64,000 bases of DNA from Octopus bimaculoides (Eukaryota), in assembly GCF_001194135.2 (NCBI RefSeq), contig NC_068998.1:20236997-20300996 (forward strand), read 5' to 3'. Under the pieces are notes generated by a model that ran no database searches, was not told the origin of the DNA, and saw nothing but the letters and a program-made list of their open reading frames with translations. This document shows, in pieces, positions 1 through 13,450 of the stretch. The first letter of the stretch is position 1. The number at the start of each line of letters is the position of its first letter. A program made the position numbers and the translations under genes.

Positions 1-34
<34 letters not shown>

Positions 35-302
35 TTTATTTATAAGTGCGTGTAAGTATACAAGTATATGACTCCATGTATGTATGTATTATGCATGTAT
101 GCATGTATATATGTGCGCGCGCGCGTCCGTGTGTGCTTGTGTGCGTTTGAGCTGAAAGCCAGTGACATGAATTATGACCAGTGACATCAATTATGGCCAG
201 TGATATGAATTTGCGCGAGAAAATACGAATAAAGGTGTACTACGGCGCATTCTTAATTTACTTAAATTACCTTTTGTTTCAGAGACAAGTAAACAGACAA
301 GT

Positions 303-682
303 CGTGGCACTCTGTCGATTACGACGACGAGGGTTCCAGTTGATCTGATCAACGCAGCAGCCAGCTCGTGAAATTGACGTGCAAGTGGCTGAGTATTCCA
401 CAGACACGTATACCTTTATCGTAGTTCTCGGGGAGATTCAGCGTGACACAGCGTGTGACAAGGCTGTCCCTTTGAAAAACAGGAACAACAGAAACAGAAA
501 GAAAGACTGAGAGAAAGTTGTGTTGAAAGAGTACAGCAGAGTACGCCACCACCTTCTGCCGGAGCCTCGGGAACTTTAGACGATTTCTCTCAATAAATAT
601 TCACAATTCCCGGTCTGGGAATCGAAACCGCGATCCTACGACCGCGAGTCCGCTGCCCTAACTACTGGGCCATTACGCCTCC
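303..682 (-). mobile_element. tRNA-derived SINE, family A
   Basis: Minus-strand head ggaggcg(c/t)aatggcccagt.gttagggcagcgg..ggtttcgattccc has A and B boxes; near-identical copies elsewhere in the window. Confidence 0.85.
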
Positions 683-1204
683 GAAACAGATAAATACTTG
701 TTGACAATTGCGACTGAATCCAAATGAGAAGGGTAGATAATCCCCAAAATAAAGAATTATCCGGAATTAGTATACAATTAAGGAAATGTCAGTCCACCAT
801 AAAGGAAAAGACAGCTCTAGACACATGTTTCTTCCTCTATAAGCGTCATTAGCACAACAGTTGTCCTACCGTGACTTCAACTGGAACCCTTGTCGGCGTA
901 AGCAATGGAGTACCATTATATATATCTATATGTATGTATATATGTATATATACAGAGAAAGGTGGGTGTTGTAGGGGATAGACAGGCAGACATATAGATA
1001 AATAGATATACTTTCACAAAACCTTCTTGACAGAATATTGTGTTGGTTGACTCAGTTTCCTCTTGTCTAAGTGGAAGGTTGATGGGGCGGGGTTGTGTCA
1101 GATTGCAGGTAGGGAGGGGGAGAGAAACCAAACTGCAGAACATGATCTTTTTATGAGAAACGGAACACTCACATGCGCTTTCTTTCTCTCTTTCTCTGTC
1201 TTGC

Positions 1205-1261
<57 letters not shown>

Positions 1262-1468
1262 TTCTCTTTCTCAGGCACTCACACATACACACATATTCAC
1301 AAACACATACATGCAAATCTCAAACATGTATGTGGAAAGGAAAATGCTTGTATTTTATAATTTTCTTTAAAATTGAGTCTACTTTCTAAGTTGCGCACAC
1401 ACACACACATACATAATACATACATACATACATACATACGTACGTACATACGTACGTACATACATACG

Positions 1469-1501
<33 letters not shown>

Positions 1502-1640
1502 GCATGCAACCAGACAAATAAACAGGTGTGTGTGTGTATGTGTGTATGTGTGTCTGTATGTGTGTCTGTATGTGTGTCAGAGTGTGTGCGTGTGTATGCA
1601 TGTATGTATATATATTCATTTATATATGCACATACGTCCG

Positions 1641-1674
<34 letters not shown>

Positions 1675-2110
1675 TGTATGTATATGTGTATGGATATATG
1701 TACATATGTGTATATCTTTGTATATGCCAGAATGTATATATGCATGTATGTATATACGTATGCATGTATACATGTATGTATACAGGTATGTATGTGTGTA
1801 TATCATTATTCAGTTTTATTTCAAGATTTCTTGCCAATGGAGGAAGAACCGGTTTCTAACCTAGATCCAAGGCTCCTTCATAAGAATTTCAACATCAAGA
1901 ACATAGTGTTTTTGTTTGTATGTACGTACGTATGTAAGCGTGTATGTATGTATGTATGTATGTATGTATGTACATATGTATGTATATATGTATGTATGCA
2001 TGTATGTATGTATGCATGTATGTATTTGTGTGTATGCATGTATGTATGTATGTATGTATGTATGTATGTGTGTGTGTATCTATCCTATATAAGTGTATAT
2101 GTATGTAAGT
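1205..2110. repeat. Compound microsatellites (CT)n, (ACAT)n, (GT)n; similar tracts occur throughout the window, many bordering N gaps
   Basis: Read directly. Confidence 0.95.
1803..1915 (-). mobile_element. 3'-terminal fragment of the LINE family at 10491-11017
   Basis: Reverse complement matches 10915-11017 (ccttggat.taggttagaaaccgg..ttggcaagaaatcttgaaataaaactgaataa). Confidence 0.75.
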
Positions 2111-2737
2111 GCTAAGTTCACCTTTAAACTGCACTTAGAACTGTAAAAATATTTTAAAAATAATAAAACTCTATTGATTATTGTAACTGACCATTCAACG
2201 AGAAATTGTGTAGATATTTATTGAAACTTGACACGTTTACACAAAAGATTTGAACAGGAAATCTCTTTTTTTTTTTTACTTCTATGTCACCCATTTAAAT
2301 ACATACGTACAAGTAAAATAAGACTTATAAAATACATACATGCAATTATATCCATACACGCACACACATACACAGACACGTGAAAGACAGAGAAAGAGAG
2401 GGAGACATAGATGGATGTAAATATACATATACATGTATATGCATATCTATATATATATATATCTATATATATATATATNNNNNNNNNNNNNNNNNNNNNN
2501 NNNNNNNNNNNNNNNNNNNNNNNNNNNNNNNNNNNNNNNNNNNNNNNNNNNNNNNNNNNNNNNNNNNNNNNNNNNNNNNNNNNNNNNNNNNNNNNNNNNN
2601 NNNNNNNNNNNNNNNNNNNNNNNNNNNNNNNNNNNNNNNNNNNNNNNNNNNNNNNNNNNNNNNNNNNNNNNNNNNNNNNNNNNNNNNNNNNNNNNNNNNN
2701 NNNNNNNNNNNNNNNNNNNNNNNNNNNNNNNNNNNNN

Positions 2738-2771
<34 letters not shown>

Positions 2772-4054
2772 TCGCGCGCATATAAATTAACACACATATG
2801 TGTGTGTGCATATATATGAGTACGTATATATATGTGTATGTGCATATATATAAGTACATATATATATGTGTGTGTGCGTATGTATGATTGCTAGTATGTA
2901 TGTATGTATCTATGTATGTATGTATCTATGTATCTATGTATGTATGTATGTATCTATGTATGTATCTATGTATGTATGTATGTATGTATGGTTTGTTTGT
3001 GTGTGAGTGGTATTTCCGTGCGTGTGCGCAGTGCCTAATGTTAGTTTTATGATTTTAATGGCTTCGCAAGGAGAACTAAAGTACTATGTTGACCCCTATT
3101 AATATGTAGTACATTTTCGACATGTGATAACAGTATCTGTAGTGACACGGTGTCACAACTGCGATAAATCTAATTAATTTGTATAACGAAATGTTTGGCT
3201 GGAAGGTGTTTCCATTGCGTTTCACATTTCGAGTGTAATTGGAACTTTCTTCTATTGGCGACACATGCAGTGCTGTTCATTACGTTCAGAGGCTAAGAGA
3301 AAATATCTGGGCAGTTCTTATAGTGCCTGACAATGATTCGTCATTTTGCTATCAAAACATGATCGAGATTAAATAAACATATCACTGACTGCCTCCTAGT
3401 GGGACATTTTGGGACATTTTGTTAATAGCCTTCGAGATCTCCTCACTTATTCGTTTCTCACTTGTGTTTATTTTTTAAGAATAAAATAAAACACAACCTC
3501 ACCAATATTCCAAATAATGAGATCAATCTTTGATGAATACACCCATTTTGCTACAGAGTCATATCTCATTGTTTTTGAATCGGTAACCAAAATACGTATT
3601 TGGCAGTAGATGGCACACATTCTAAACATTTTATTAGATAATAGCAAACTTCAATGTTCTTTTGTTTTGTTCGTGTTTTTGTTTTGTTTTTGCTGTTTAA
3701 TAATGCTTGTAATATTGGCATAATCGCTTTATACATTAGTTTCCGTTAGCAGTTACTATACTGAAGAATTAGTTATAACAAATGTGAGAGTGTAGAAGCT
3801 TTAGACGTATTAAGAGGTGTAAGCTGGAGGGAGGAAAATAGGAATGAGGAGAAGCAAGATAGGATTACTGATCAGTGCAAGGAAAGACATTTGTGGGTTT
3901 GTAAACAGCTTGACGATAACAATACAGAATAGCATATGATACGCATTCATGTCTATACACACACACATACAAATACTTGAAATGGAACTGCTAGCTTGCA
4001 TAGGGCTTATATAAGCTTGCGACATTTATTGTTATATTACATACACACAGTCAT

Positions 4055-4418
4055 TGTTGTTGGCACTCCGTCGCTTAAGACGACGAGGGTTCCAGTTGAT
4101 CCGATCAACGGAACAGCCTGCTCGTGAAATTAACGTGCAAGTGGCTGAGCACTCCACAGACCCTTAACGGGGATATTCAGCATGACACAGTGTGACAAGG
4201 CTGACCCTTTGAAATACAGGTACAACAGAAACAGGAAGTAAGAGTGAGAGAAAGTTGTGGTGAAAGAGCACATCAGGGTTCTCCACCATCCCCTGCCGGA
4301 GCCTCGTGGAGCTTTAGGTGTTTTCGCCCAATAAACACAACGCCCGGTCTAGGAATCGAAACCACGATCCTATGACCGCGAGTCCACTGCCCTAACTACT
4401 GGGCCATTGCGCCTCCAC
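4055..4418 (-). mobile_element. tRNA-derived SINE, family A
   Basis: Homologous to 303-682, with an internal deletion. Confidence 0.85.
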
Positions 4419-5550
4419 ACACACACACAGTCATACACATACACTTTTCTCCAATATTTCCTATTACTTTTCTCTCTTTTCTCTTCTCCTTGAACTCGTA
4501 CCCTTCCTCTCTTTTTCTTTTTCATATTCATTTTATCACTTTTCTTTTCCCCTTTTCTTCCTTTACTTTCCTCCACGTACCTTTTTTCTTCTTTTACACT
4601 CCTCATTAGTGCCTCACTAATTTTCTTCTCTCACAGAATATAAGCACTTTTCGTATTAATGTTGTATTGTAATTATTCTTTCTCCAATTATTCTCTCATT
4701 CATTTTTTTTTTCACTTTTCTCCATACACTTCCACCTTTTCTCCCTTCTTTCGTCCCCTTTTTCGTGCCTTCTTTTCATGCAACAGCATCTCACACCCGT
4801 ACCCGTGCATACACTTTGCTCACACTGTTCACATTCCTCTTACCTCACACTCTTTCCCGCTCACACTTCCTCACTTTCCCGTTTTTCTTACACACACACA
4901 CACACACCTCATATCCCCACTAGCCCATGCCTTAGCGAAATCTACTCTGCTGCAAGTGTTATGGCTAAGGCTCTGGTTTTATGATACTTTCCTCAATCAC
5001 TCCCTTCACTAGTGTCGGATACTCAGAATCTAGTTGTAGGCACTGCCCTTCCTCCTAAGTGATATTTTAGAAAATGAGTCACCGAAAGCTGTGAGACTGA
5101 TGCATTTAATGTCCTGCTTGAACAGGACATCAACTGTAAGTCGGCAGCTACAGGGTAAACATGAACAAGGAAAGAATTCTAAAAGAATGATTTTTACGAA
5201 AGGGGAAAAAGAAATGGATGGAAAGATTAATGCGGTGGACCTGTGGGAGGGACAGACCCAATAGGGAGGGATAGACCCAATAGGCATGGTGAGAAGACGT
5301 AGACGAGCTAGAAGGGAGACCCAAAGTAAATGTAACACAAGACTTCCGAGGAAGTAGCGGTAGAAAATGAGTCCCTGCAATGAAAATTTAGAGTATTATT
5401 CATACCAACGCTAGAAGCCTCTACGAAGCCACTGCACGCCAGAAATAGCAGTCAAATCCCTTCACGTGAATTACACTAAAGGCATAGATGCAGGCGCGTC
5501 TGGAAATTGAAAGAATACCATCGTATATGAATGTATGTGGTTGTGTTTGA

Positions 5551-5585
<35 letters not shown>

Positions 5586-5749
5586 GAGGTGTGTGTGTGT
5601 GACTTTTGCATTGAAAGTTTACAGCGCCACCTATACTAAAGCTAGAAGCCTATACGAAACCAGTCCACTGACAGAAATAGCAGCTATATCGCCCTTCATA
5701 TCATACTACCATTTTTAATGGAGAAACATGAGCTTACTAAGTAATGTAG

Positions 5750-6404
5750 GGATCTATTTCAAAACGGGGTCACCAGTTTTCATTTATGTTTTATGTAGTG
5801 TTTTTGGTACGGAAAGACTTTAAAACTTCGTATACTTATCTATTTTGTGTTATAGAACAGGAAAAAAATTTTGTATTCGAATTTATTTCATGTAAAAAAT
5901 TGTCTTATTTCGATAATTTCTACTAATCACTGACGTCTATTCAGTTGAAAACAGTTAGCGCTGTTACGGTGTATATCGTATTAATCTCCTAACCCTAACC
6001 CTAACCCTAACTAGACTGTTAACCCTAACCCTAACCCTAACCCTAAAACTAACCCTAACTCTAGAATCCGAACTCTAAAATTGTTACACACATAGATACG
6101 CACAGCGTAATTTATTATATAAACAATATATGCGTATAAATTACGATTAAACCGGATGAAATATGTCACAGGGAATAACATTTTTATGACCGCCCAGCAG
6201 TAACTCTATTGAGCTGAATAGACGTCAGTGATTGGTTGAAATTACAGAAATACGACAACTTTAACATGGAATAACTTGCGATGTACGTTTTTTTGTTAAG
6301 AAGACTAAGAGTAAAATATGTTTTATATGACACATTCTACCAGTGTCCCAAGTTTCAAAGTGCTTCGTTAAGAAAATACTGGTGCCCCGTTTTGAAATAG
6401 ATCC
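5750..6404. mobile_element. Non-autonomous DNA transposon (MITE-like, 655 bp) with 8-bp TSD and internal (CCCTAA)n
   Basis: TIR ggatctatttcaaaacgggg(t)caccagt at 5750-5777 and 6378-6404. TSD taatgtag at 5742-5749 and 6405-6412. Inner inverted repeat at 5914-5944/6214-6244. Confidence 0.9.
5988..6060 (-). repeat. Interstitial telomere-like (TTAGGG)n, about 9-10 units in two or three blocks
   Basis: ccctaa repeats read directly. Confidence 0.9.
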
Positions 6405-7854
6405 TAATGTAGTTCTAGATACACTATGCTGTTAAAAAGGGCGAGGTGGTCATGGTCGAAATGCTTTTCATCATAGACCTGATGGATCAGTGACGCCTTT
6501 GGGATAATTATCAACCACAGTAACAACAAATATTGACTGACGAAACGCAATATACTAAATCAAAACTACTAAGTGGACTTGCTTTCGTCAAGAAGTTATA
6601 ACCTGCTTCCTCCATATTGCATATTAGTCAAGGAATGTGTGAACACCACAACCTCTCAGATTACAATTATTATAAACTTGAGATCACACACATTCACTAG
6701 CACACGCGCAACACATACACCTGCATATACACGTGTGCGCACACGCACACACTCGCAAATAACTCGCATATACAAGCACAAACTCACAACATGCACCCAA
6801 AAATAAACACGTACAAACCTGGTGTTAGATAACGTAACAATGAAAATATTCATGCAAGAACTCGCAAACACAAACACGCACGCGCATATACACACAAATA
6901 CACGCACGCGCGCGCAGCACACGCACATACCTACACAAACAAAGATACGTTAACGAATGTTCCCATCCTATCTTATAATCAGGCTTGTTGCATTTGGCTC
7001 ACAGGAAGAATCTTAAATCCCTAGATAAAAGGACTAGAGAAACGAGTAGCGAATACAGAACAAAGAAGATTAGCCTCAGAACAACTAGACGGCTAATACA
7101 AGGAAAACATTTCAAAGATTATTAATAATTTACCCAATTTTCTTAATGGTATATTATATAATTCGTAAAAACACAACGGATACTAAGGAGAGTCGCTTTT
7201 CGAATGTTTATATTTAGCTATGGACATGAATGGATGGACGTGGGGATGGTATTTTTTCATATGAATATTTCAATATGATTATGTGTATATAGAGAGAGGC
7301 TTGTGTATGTGTATGTGTATGTGTATGTACACATTGTGCGGGTGTGAATGTTATGTATACATCCATACATACGTAATTCGTTTCTCAATGAAGTGTGTAT
7401 ATACATATGCAAGCATGTATGAATTTATGTATGTAAGTATGTCTGTATGTATGCATGCATATACATGAATATACATGCATATGTTTTGTGTGTGATCTGT
7501 ACACATTAAAGATGAGTTCCAAAAACAGATTTCTGTTTTCTTGTTTGCTTTTTCAATTAATCATGCTTTTCCTATTCTTTGAAGTTTGATGCTGTTACAG
7601 ATCCATTGCCACATATGAAAGCCTAATCTCTGTGAATTATTCCTGAACAGATACAGATGGCACTTTTCTTCAGATTAAATTCTTTTATTTGAGGGTTAAT
7701 CTTAGGATTGAACAGGCAGAACGCAGATGTATTTTTAGGCTTAGAACAAAACCACGGGTGACATTTGAAAAACAATAAAAAAGATTTATTTCTGATTGGT
7801 TTTTAAATATCGTTTGTCTTTTACATCAGCAGTCTTAAGATATAATTAATATTC

Positions 7855-8465
7855 TTTCAAACTTTGGCACAAGGCCTGTAATTATAAGGAGATGAGGTAA
7901 TCGATTACATCGACCTCAATGCTCAGCTGCTATTATTCTATCGACCCGGAAAGGATAAACAGTAAAGTCGACCTAGACGGGATTTAAACTCATAACGGAA
8001 AAGCGAACAAAACGCCGCTATTTTGTGCTCTGTCATCTCGCCGCCTTAAAAACCTATCATTAATATAATGGCCCTTAATTAGCACCCCAGGTAAAATGCT
8101 TAGTCCGTCTTTAAGTTCAGAGTTCAAATTTCGCCGAGATCGAGTATGCCTTTCATCCTTTCGAATTTAATATAAGTACCAGTCGAGCACTGATGTCGAT
8201 GTAATCGAACTAGCCTCTCCTCAAAATTGCTGGCCTTGTGCCAAAATTTGAAACCAATGTTATGGCCCTTAATAGGGCGGCGAGCTGGCAGAATCGTTAC
8301 GCACGGAACAAAATGCTTAGCGGCATTTCTTCCGGTTCTTTATGATCTGAGTTTAAATCCCACTGAGAGTACCTTTGCCTTCCATCATTTCGGGGTTGAT
8401 AAAATAAGTATCAGTCGAGCACCTCCTCCCCTCAGATTTCTTAATCCTGTACCAAAATTAGAAAG
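7855..8465. mobile_element. Cluster of three tRNA-derived SINE family B copies (one -, two +)
   Basis: ggcggcgagctggcagaatcgtta..aaatgcttagcggcatttc..gagttcaaat..gcctttcatcc..ataagta.cag..ccttgtgccaaaatttgaaa. Confidence 0.8.
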
Positions 8466-8575
8466 AATATCATGGCTCTTAATCAGTTAAACCACCTTCT
8501 GCTCCAATTCGAGGTCGTCTACCTGTTAGAGTTCAATATCATGGCCCATTATGTTTTGTGTTCATCTGCTTTTAC

Positions 8576-8815
8576 TGACATTTGTTTACTGGTCATGCTT
8601 CACGAACCCTGCGAAGAATTCTTGCAGTTCCAAGCAATGCTGAATTTTGTAGGTGTTCTACCTTAACACTTGCACTAATCTTTTTCATCTATGATGGTAG
8701 TTGAGTGCTGATACTCTCAAGTGCACCAATTACTATTGGTATCACGTCTTCTCTCTTCATTGACCACAACCTTCGTATTTACCACTTCAAATCGTCATAG
8801 TTGTTTCTTTATTTT
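8576..8815 (-). mobile_element. 5'-truncated copy of the same R4/Dong-like LINE (endonuclease C-terminus)
   Basis: Nucleotide similarity to 43845-44080, e.g. catgcttca..accctgcgaa.aattcttgcagttcc.agcaatgctg; next to (GTT)/(ATT)n. Confidence 0.8.
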
Positions 8816-8859
8816 TTTGTTGTTGTTGTTGTTGTTCTTCTTCTTCTTACCTCTTCTTT

Positions 8860-8921
<62 letters not shown>

Positions 8922-8924
8922 GAG

Positions 8925-9462
8925 CGAGAGCGCAGTTCATGCCATCAAAATCACACTGGGGTAAAATATACAAAGCCCAGTATACCCATCATTATTACCC
9001 GTGTGATAAGGGTACACTATGCGCATGCATCACAGCAATATGTGCGCAACATGGTGATCTTATATCAAGATTAACAACGCATGACCTTGCAGATGGGGCC
9101 CAGTTAAAATTTTCTTCAGGTCGAGTAGCCCATCCTGCTTAAAGGTTTCTGAATAAGGGTTGTTTAAGGATGTTGAACGAAACACCCATGTTTCCAGAGG
9201 TGAATCATCCAAACCCCAAAGAATTCCTCTTAACATATGGCTATGATGCTCCCCCACTACTTCTGCTCGTGATCAGAGATGCACATATTGTCAGCTACTA
9301 AGGGACATGCTCAACTGGTTAATGTCAAACAATTGACAAGCAAATCCGTGGTATTGAGCAGAATATTTGCTGTAGCCCATCTTTTACACCGAGACAAAAC
9401 AATGTACATGATAACACTTCCAATCAGTTAAGATGAGAAGCCATGAAAGCCACTGCCTGGTA
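8925..9462 (-). repeat. Dispersed repeat flanked by (AAT)n tracts, possibly a LINE 3' UTR; related pieces at ~44950-45030 and ~60000-60190
   Basis: Shared blocks gcaaatattctgctcaataccac.gatttgcttgtc and ctctgatc..gagcag.agt..tgggggaacatcatag at three loci. The LINE origin is inference. Confidence 0.65.
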
Positions 9463-9479
9463 CTTATTATTATTATTAT

Positions 9480-9535
<56 letters not shown>

Positions 9536-10490
9536 TCATTATTCCCCATCTTTTCCATCTCATTCGTTTTCGTTGATACGATGTGTGGCAGTCGAGTATT
9601 AACAAGTTCTTCAGTCGTATTAAATCTTTTTATTAGTTTTTGGTTATTTATACGCCTTAAGTACCCGACTTAATGAGATACCCGTGGTTTGTCAATAGCC
9701 TGGAGAGGTTTAGAGTGCAACACCAGACATACTTAACCTTGATACTTCATAAATAAATAAGTTTTCGGTAGTTACAGAACAACTCTTTCAATTTTATGAG
9801 ACTTCTTAATGCTTTTCAATTTCATACGAGCTTTTGCATATGTGTATATGTCTGCGCGCGTGTCTGCGTGTGTTTCCAATATGTATTTGGGACAAATTAA
9901 AAGAGTATTGGAATTTGCTTGAAGTATTGCAATATATGCAAATGAGATAAATGTTTGAAAAACGTTTCAGCGAGCATTGCAGTTGAGGAGTTAGGTAAAG
10001 TATGCAAGGTGATATGAATGAATGAAAAGAAAGAGAAAATATAATGTGTTACCTAATATAGGTTGTTTAACGATCCCGTAGTATTTTGGGAAGAAAATAC
10101 TTATGTGTTGTCATAGGCAGGGAATCCTAATATGTTGTGGGAAATTTTTGTTATAGGCTCATTAAACAACCTATATAAATTAATACATTAACTTTTGTTT
10201 TCATTCATTAACATCATCTAACACAGTTTGCCTAACTTAAAGAGCTCGAAGAAATGTATTGTTAGAGGTGAGGTACTCTAATATAAAAAGTATTGTTAGA
10301 GGAAAGGTGTTCTGATTTGAAAGTGAGAAAGATGTCCCAGATGTTTGGGTGTGTCATTTAGCTGAAAGGAACGAATAGGGAAGGTTATTAAATGGTGCAG
10401 TCCAGAATTATAAGAAGCTGATCAATAATACATACATACATACATACATACATACATACATTCATACATACATACATACATACATACATA

Positions 10491-11017
10491 ATGATTTGGG
10501 ATAGAGAAGAGAAACTATGTACAGTTGTGGAAATTAGCTGCCCAGCGAATGTTAACATAAAGCTGAAGTGAAAAAAGAGAACACCTATGCTGAACTATTG
10601 AGAAATCTGAAGTTACTCTATCCAGATTACAAGTTCAGGTTTATACCTGTAATTACTGGGGCCCTGGGATATGTAACACACTGCTTAAATACCAGTCTTG
10701 AGAAATTAGGTTTCTCAAAACCAGGAAGGAGAAAGTTAATTCGAAGTCTACAGATCCAATCCATCATTGGAACTAAAAATCTGTAAAATTTTCCAGAAGT
10801 TTATCATTTCATTATATATGGGCATGTCTAGATACGTAACTATATGCATGAGAATACATACCTAAAGCAAAACATACAAATCTGCACACATACATACATA
10901 CATACAAACAAACAAAAATACCCTGTTGATGTTGAAATTTCAATGAAGGAACCTTGGATGTAGGTTAGAAACCGGATCTTTCTCTATTGGCAAGAAATCT
11001 TGAAATAAAACTGAATA
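10491..11017 (+). mobile_element. 5'-truncated restriction-like-endonuclease LINE (second family) with 3' UTR
   Basis: IWDREEKLCTVVEISCP..YAELLRNLKLLYPDYKFRFIPVITGALG is the C-terminal part of an RLE domain. The 3' end recurs inverted at 1803-1915. Confidence 0.8.
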
Positions 11018-11102
11018 AGACATACATACATATATACATGTGTGTATGTGTGTGTGCGCGTGAGCGTGCGTGCATGCGTGTGGGGGTATGTGCGTGCGTG
11101 TG

Positions 11103-11160
<58 letters not shown>

Positions 11161-11789
11161 GCATTGTGGGGAAATATTGTTACATCAGAATTGATGAAAT
11201 GCATCTTGGAGCTTTAAAAACAACTCTGTCAACACACGCAGCAATGGAGTTTGTGTGACAATTCAGAATAGCAACAATTCGGTCTCTCTGACATCTGGCA
11301 TCGATTTGTATCATGTGATTGTTGATATAAGTTCCCTGTCAATTTGGTTTTTGTAAGCTTATGAACAAAGACATTTTATCCATCGCTGTCTCCAAAGACT
11401 CCGAGAGAAATTAGGCAGGGCCAGCCAGCCTGTCTTCGGGCTGCGAGAAGCGAATGGGTTCTTTCAAAATGCAAGGAGGTCATTTGTTTCCGTTTAGGGA
11501 GTGGTCACAGATAATAGTCACAGCTTCCACCAGGACTCTTCGGTTCACGGAGTGATTTACCAACTGTTCCCCCCCGCGACATCCTCATGGGTCCTAGTCA
11601 TACAGTCGTCTTACATTTTACTTTAACTAGTGTCTCTTTTATACACCACATTCATCGTTTCCCTCAGATGTTAACCGGCCGAGATATTATCATTATCACA
11701 ATTGTGAAAGAAGCTGTCATGTCAATGAAGACACTGACGGAAATGATGACATCCAAAATCAATATGATCACCATCATTATCGTCGTCGT

Positions 11790-11846
<57 letters not shown>

Positions 11847-12143
11847 ATCGTTATTATCATATCACCATTTCCATCAGCCTATCACAACCATTACCGCTGC
11901 CACTGTCACCATTACCACCACCACTACCATCATCATCATCATCATCATCATCGTCGTCATCATCATCATCATCACCAACAACAGGCAGCAACAACATCAA
12001 CAACAACAACACAACGGCTGTCAGAATTATCATTCGTTAGCCTCGTTTTTCGTGTAAAACATCCTAAGAGATGATTTTAATAAATTACTAGAAAGTGGTA
12101 GTTGTAATGATGATGATGATGATGATAACGATTATGGTGGTGG

Positions 12144-12184
<41 letters not shown>

Positions 12185-12454
12185 GGGGATATAGAGACGG
12201 AGGAGAGAGAAAGAAAACATGTTTCGGGATGCCATCGACTACGAGGTATGACGGGAAATTTTGTTTTGATTCATTAGCCAGTGTTCATGAATCAAGGTTA
12301 TTGAATGGTAGAAGGATAGTGAACTAGTAGAAAAGAATAAATAAATGACAAGGAGGGCTTTACGAGAATTAAAGGACTCAGTGTGAGGTTGACGGTTATT
12401 GGAGGTAAGGACGATTATACCAACAATATCAGGTATTATTCATATCAAGAGAAC

Positions 12455-12824
12455 ATCACCACACCAATATGCCTGTTCCGTAGGAACCGACATTACTGCC
12501 GTTTTTAATTCCAAGAGGATGCTTCCTCTAGCTGACTATCGATGCAATCTGCACCCGATATATACATTGCAAGCAGAGGAGCGAAACTCAGTGGTGGACA
12601 CCTGTCCGATAGAGATAGCAGTAATCCGCTGAGGATGAGCACACGCAGCTCGAAACCGTACGGTCTGATGGTCCCGTTGCTAGAAGATAGCCGGGGCTCA
12701 TTCCCCCGCTTGCAATATATTTCGGGTGCAGATTTCATCGATAACTAGCTAGAAGAGGCTCCTCCTGGAGTTAAAAACGGTTGTAACGTCTGCTCCTACG
12801 GAACAGTCATATTGCAGTGGCGAT
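12455..12824. repeat. Diverged inverted repeat, arms 12455-12580 and 12702-12824 (~82% identical)
   Basis: Manual alignment: 103 matches, 20 substitutions and 3 gap positions over 126 nt. Confidence 0.9.
12616..12682 (+). ncRNA. Hammerhead-like motif in the loop of a diverged inverted repeat
   Basis: CUGAGGA-U-GAGC-acacgca-GCUC-GAAA-CCGUACGGU-C. Stem III is palindromic and the triplet is GUC. Proximal stem I is weak; distal pairing is uagcag/uugcua. Confidence 0.55.
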
Positions 12825-13248
12825 AAGCATTACTTATCACCACAGCACATTTCTTATAAACATGATCTGCACTCAGCTAGAACCCTCACAGTCGCTCCAA
12901 ATGCTGCATCTCACTACCACCCTCGGTTACTCATCGCAAAAGCACACTCTTAGCTATACTAAGTCAGGAGTGCATCTCAAATACTAGTCCTCTTTAAGGT
13001 CAGAAGATATTTCAGCATCCAACTGCTGTGACAATCTTCACAGCTCAAGTGGAGTCCACAAATGGCTATTGCACTCACATCTAGGACTAAACTACTGATA
13101 TGCATTCTGATAACCTGGATCGCATCCGAAGAAGGGACAATCGGTCGATTAGCATTCTATCACTAGCTGAGATACTCCATCTGTTGGCCCACGAGTGAAC
13201 TGTCAATGCTTTGTGTCTTTTCTTACGCCAATATGAAAGCACATGCGA

Positions 13249-13450
13249 AGGCGGCAAGATGGCAGAATCGTTAGCGCGCCGGGCAAAATGCTTAGCTATG
13301 TTTTGTCCTTCTTTACGTTCTATGTTCCATTTCAGCCTTTCATCCTTTTGGGGGAACGACAAAATAAGTACCAGCTCAACACTGTTGTCGACGTAATCGA
13401 TTAGACCCCTCACCCGAATTTACTGGCCCTATGCCAAACTTTGAAACTAA
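13249..13450 (+). mobile_element. SINE family B
   Basis: Same consensus as 8272-8465. Confidence 0.8.

Noticed and set aside
303-682. tRNA genes suggested by A/B boxes here and in other SINE heads
   Set aside because: The heads continue into SINE bodies repeated many times and no complete cloverleaf is evident.
800-875. Further degenerate hammerhead-like strings (800-875 minus, 38060-38115, 40385-40420, 54450-54490 minus, 62768-62800)
   Set aside because: Each has core changes and/or no pairable stem I or II; they may be eroded relics but cannot be supported.
3076-3264. Short non-repetitive ORFs (3076-3264, 15500-15736, 5030-5380, 26749-27075)
   Set aside because: No recognisable motifs or splice-consistent partners.
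5988-6060. True telomere or chromosome-fusion scar
   Set aside because: Short, interrupted, single orientation, and enclosed within TIRs and a TSD of a transposon.
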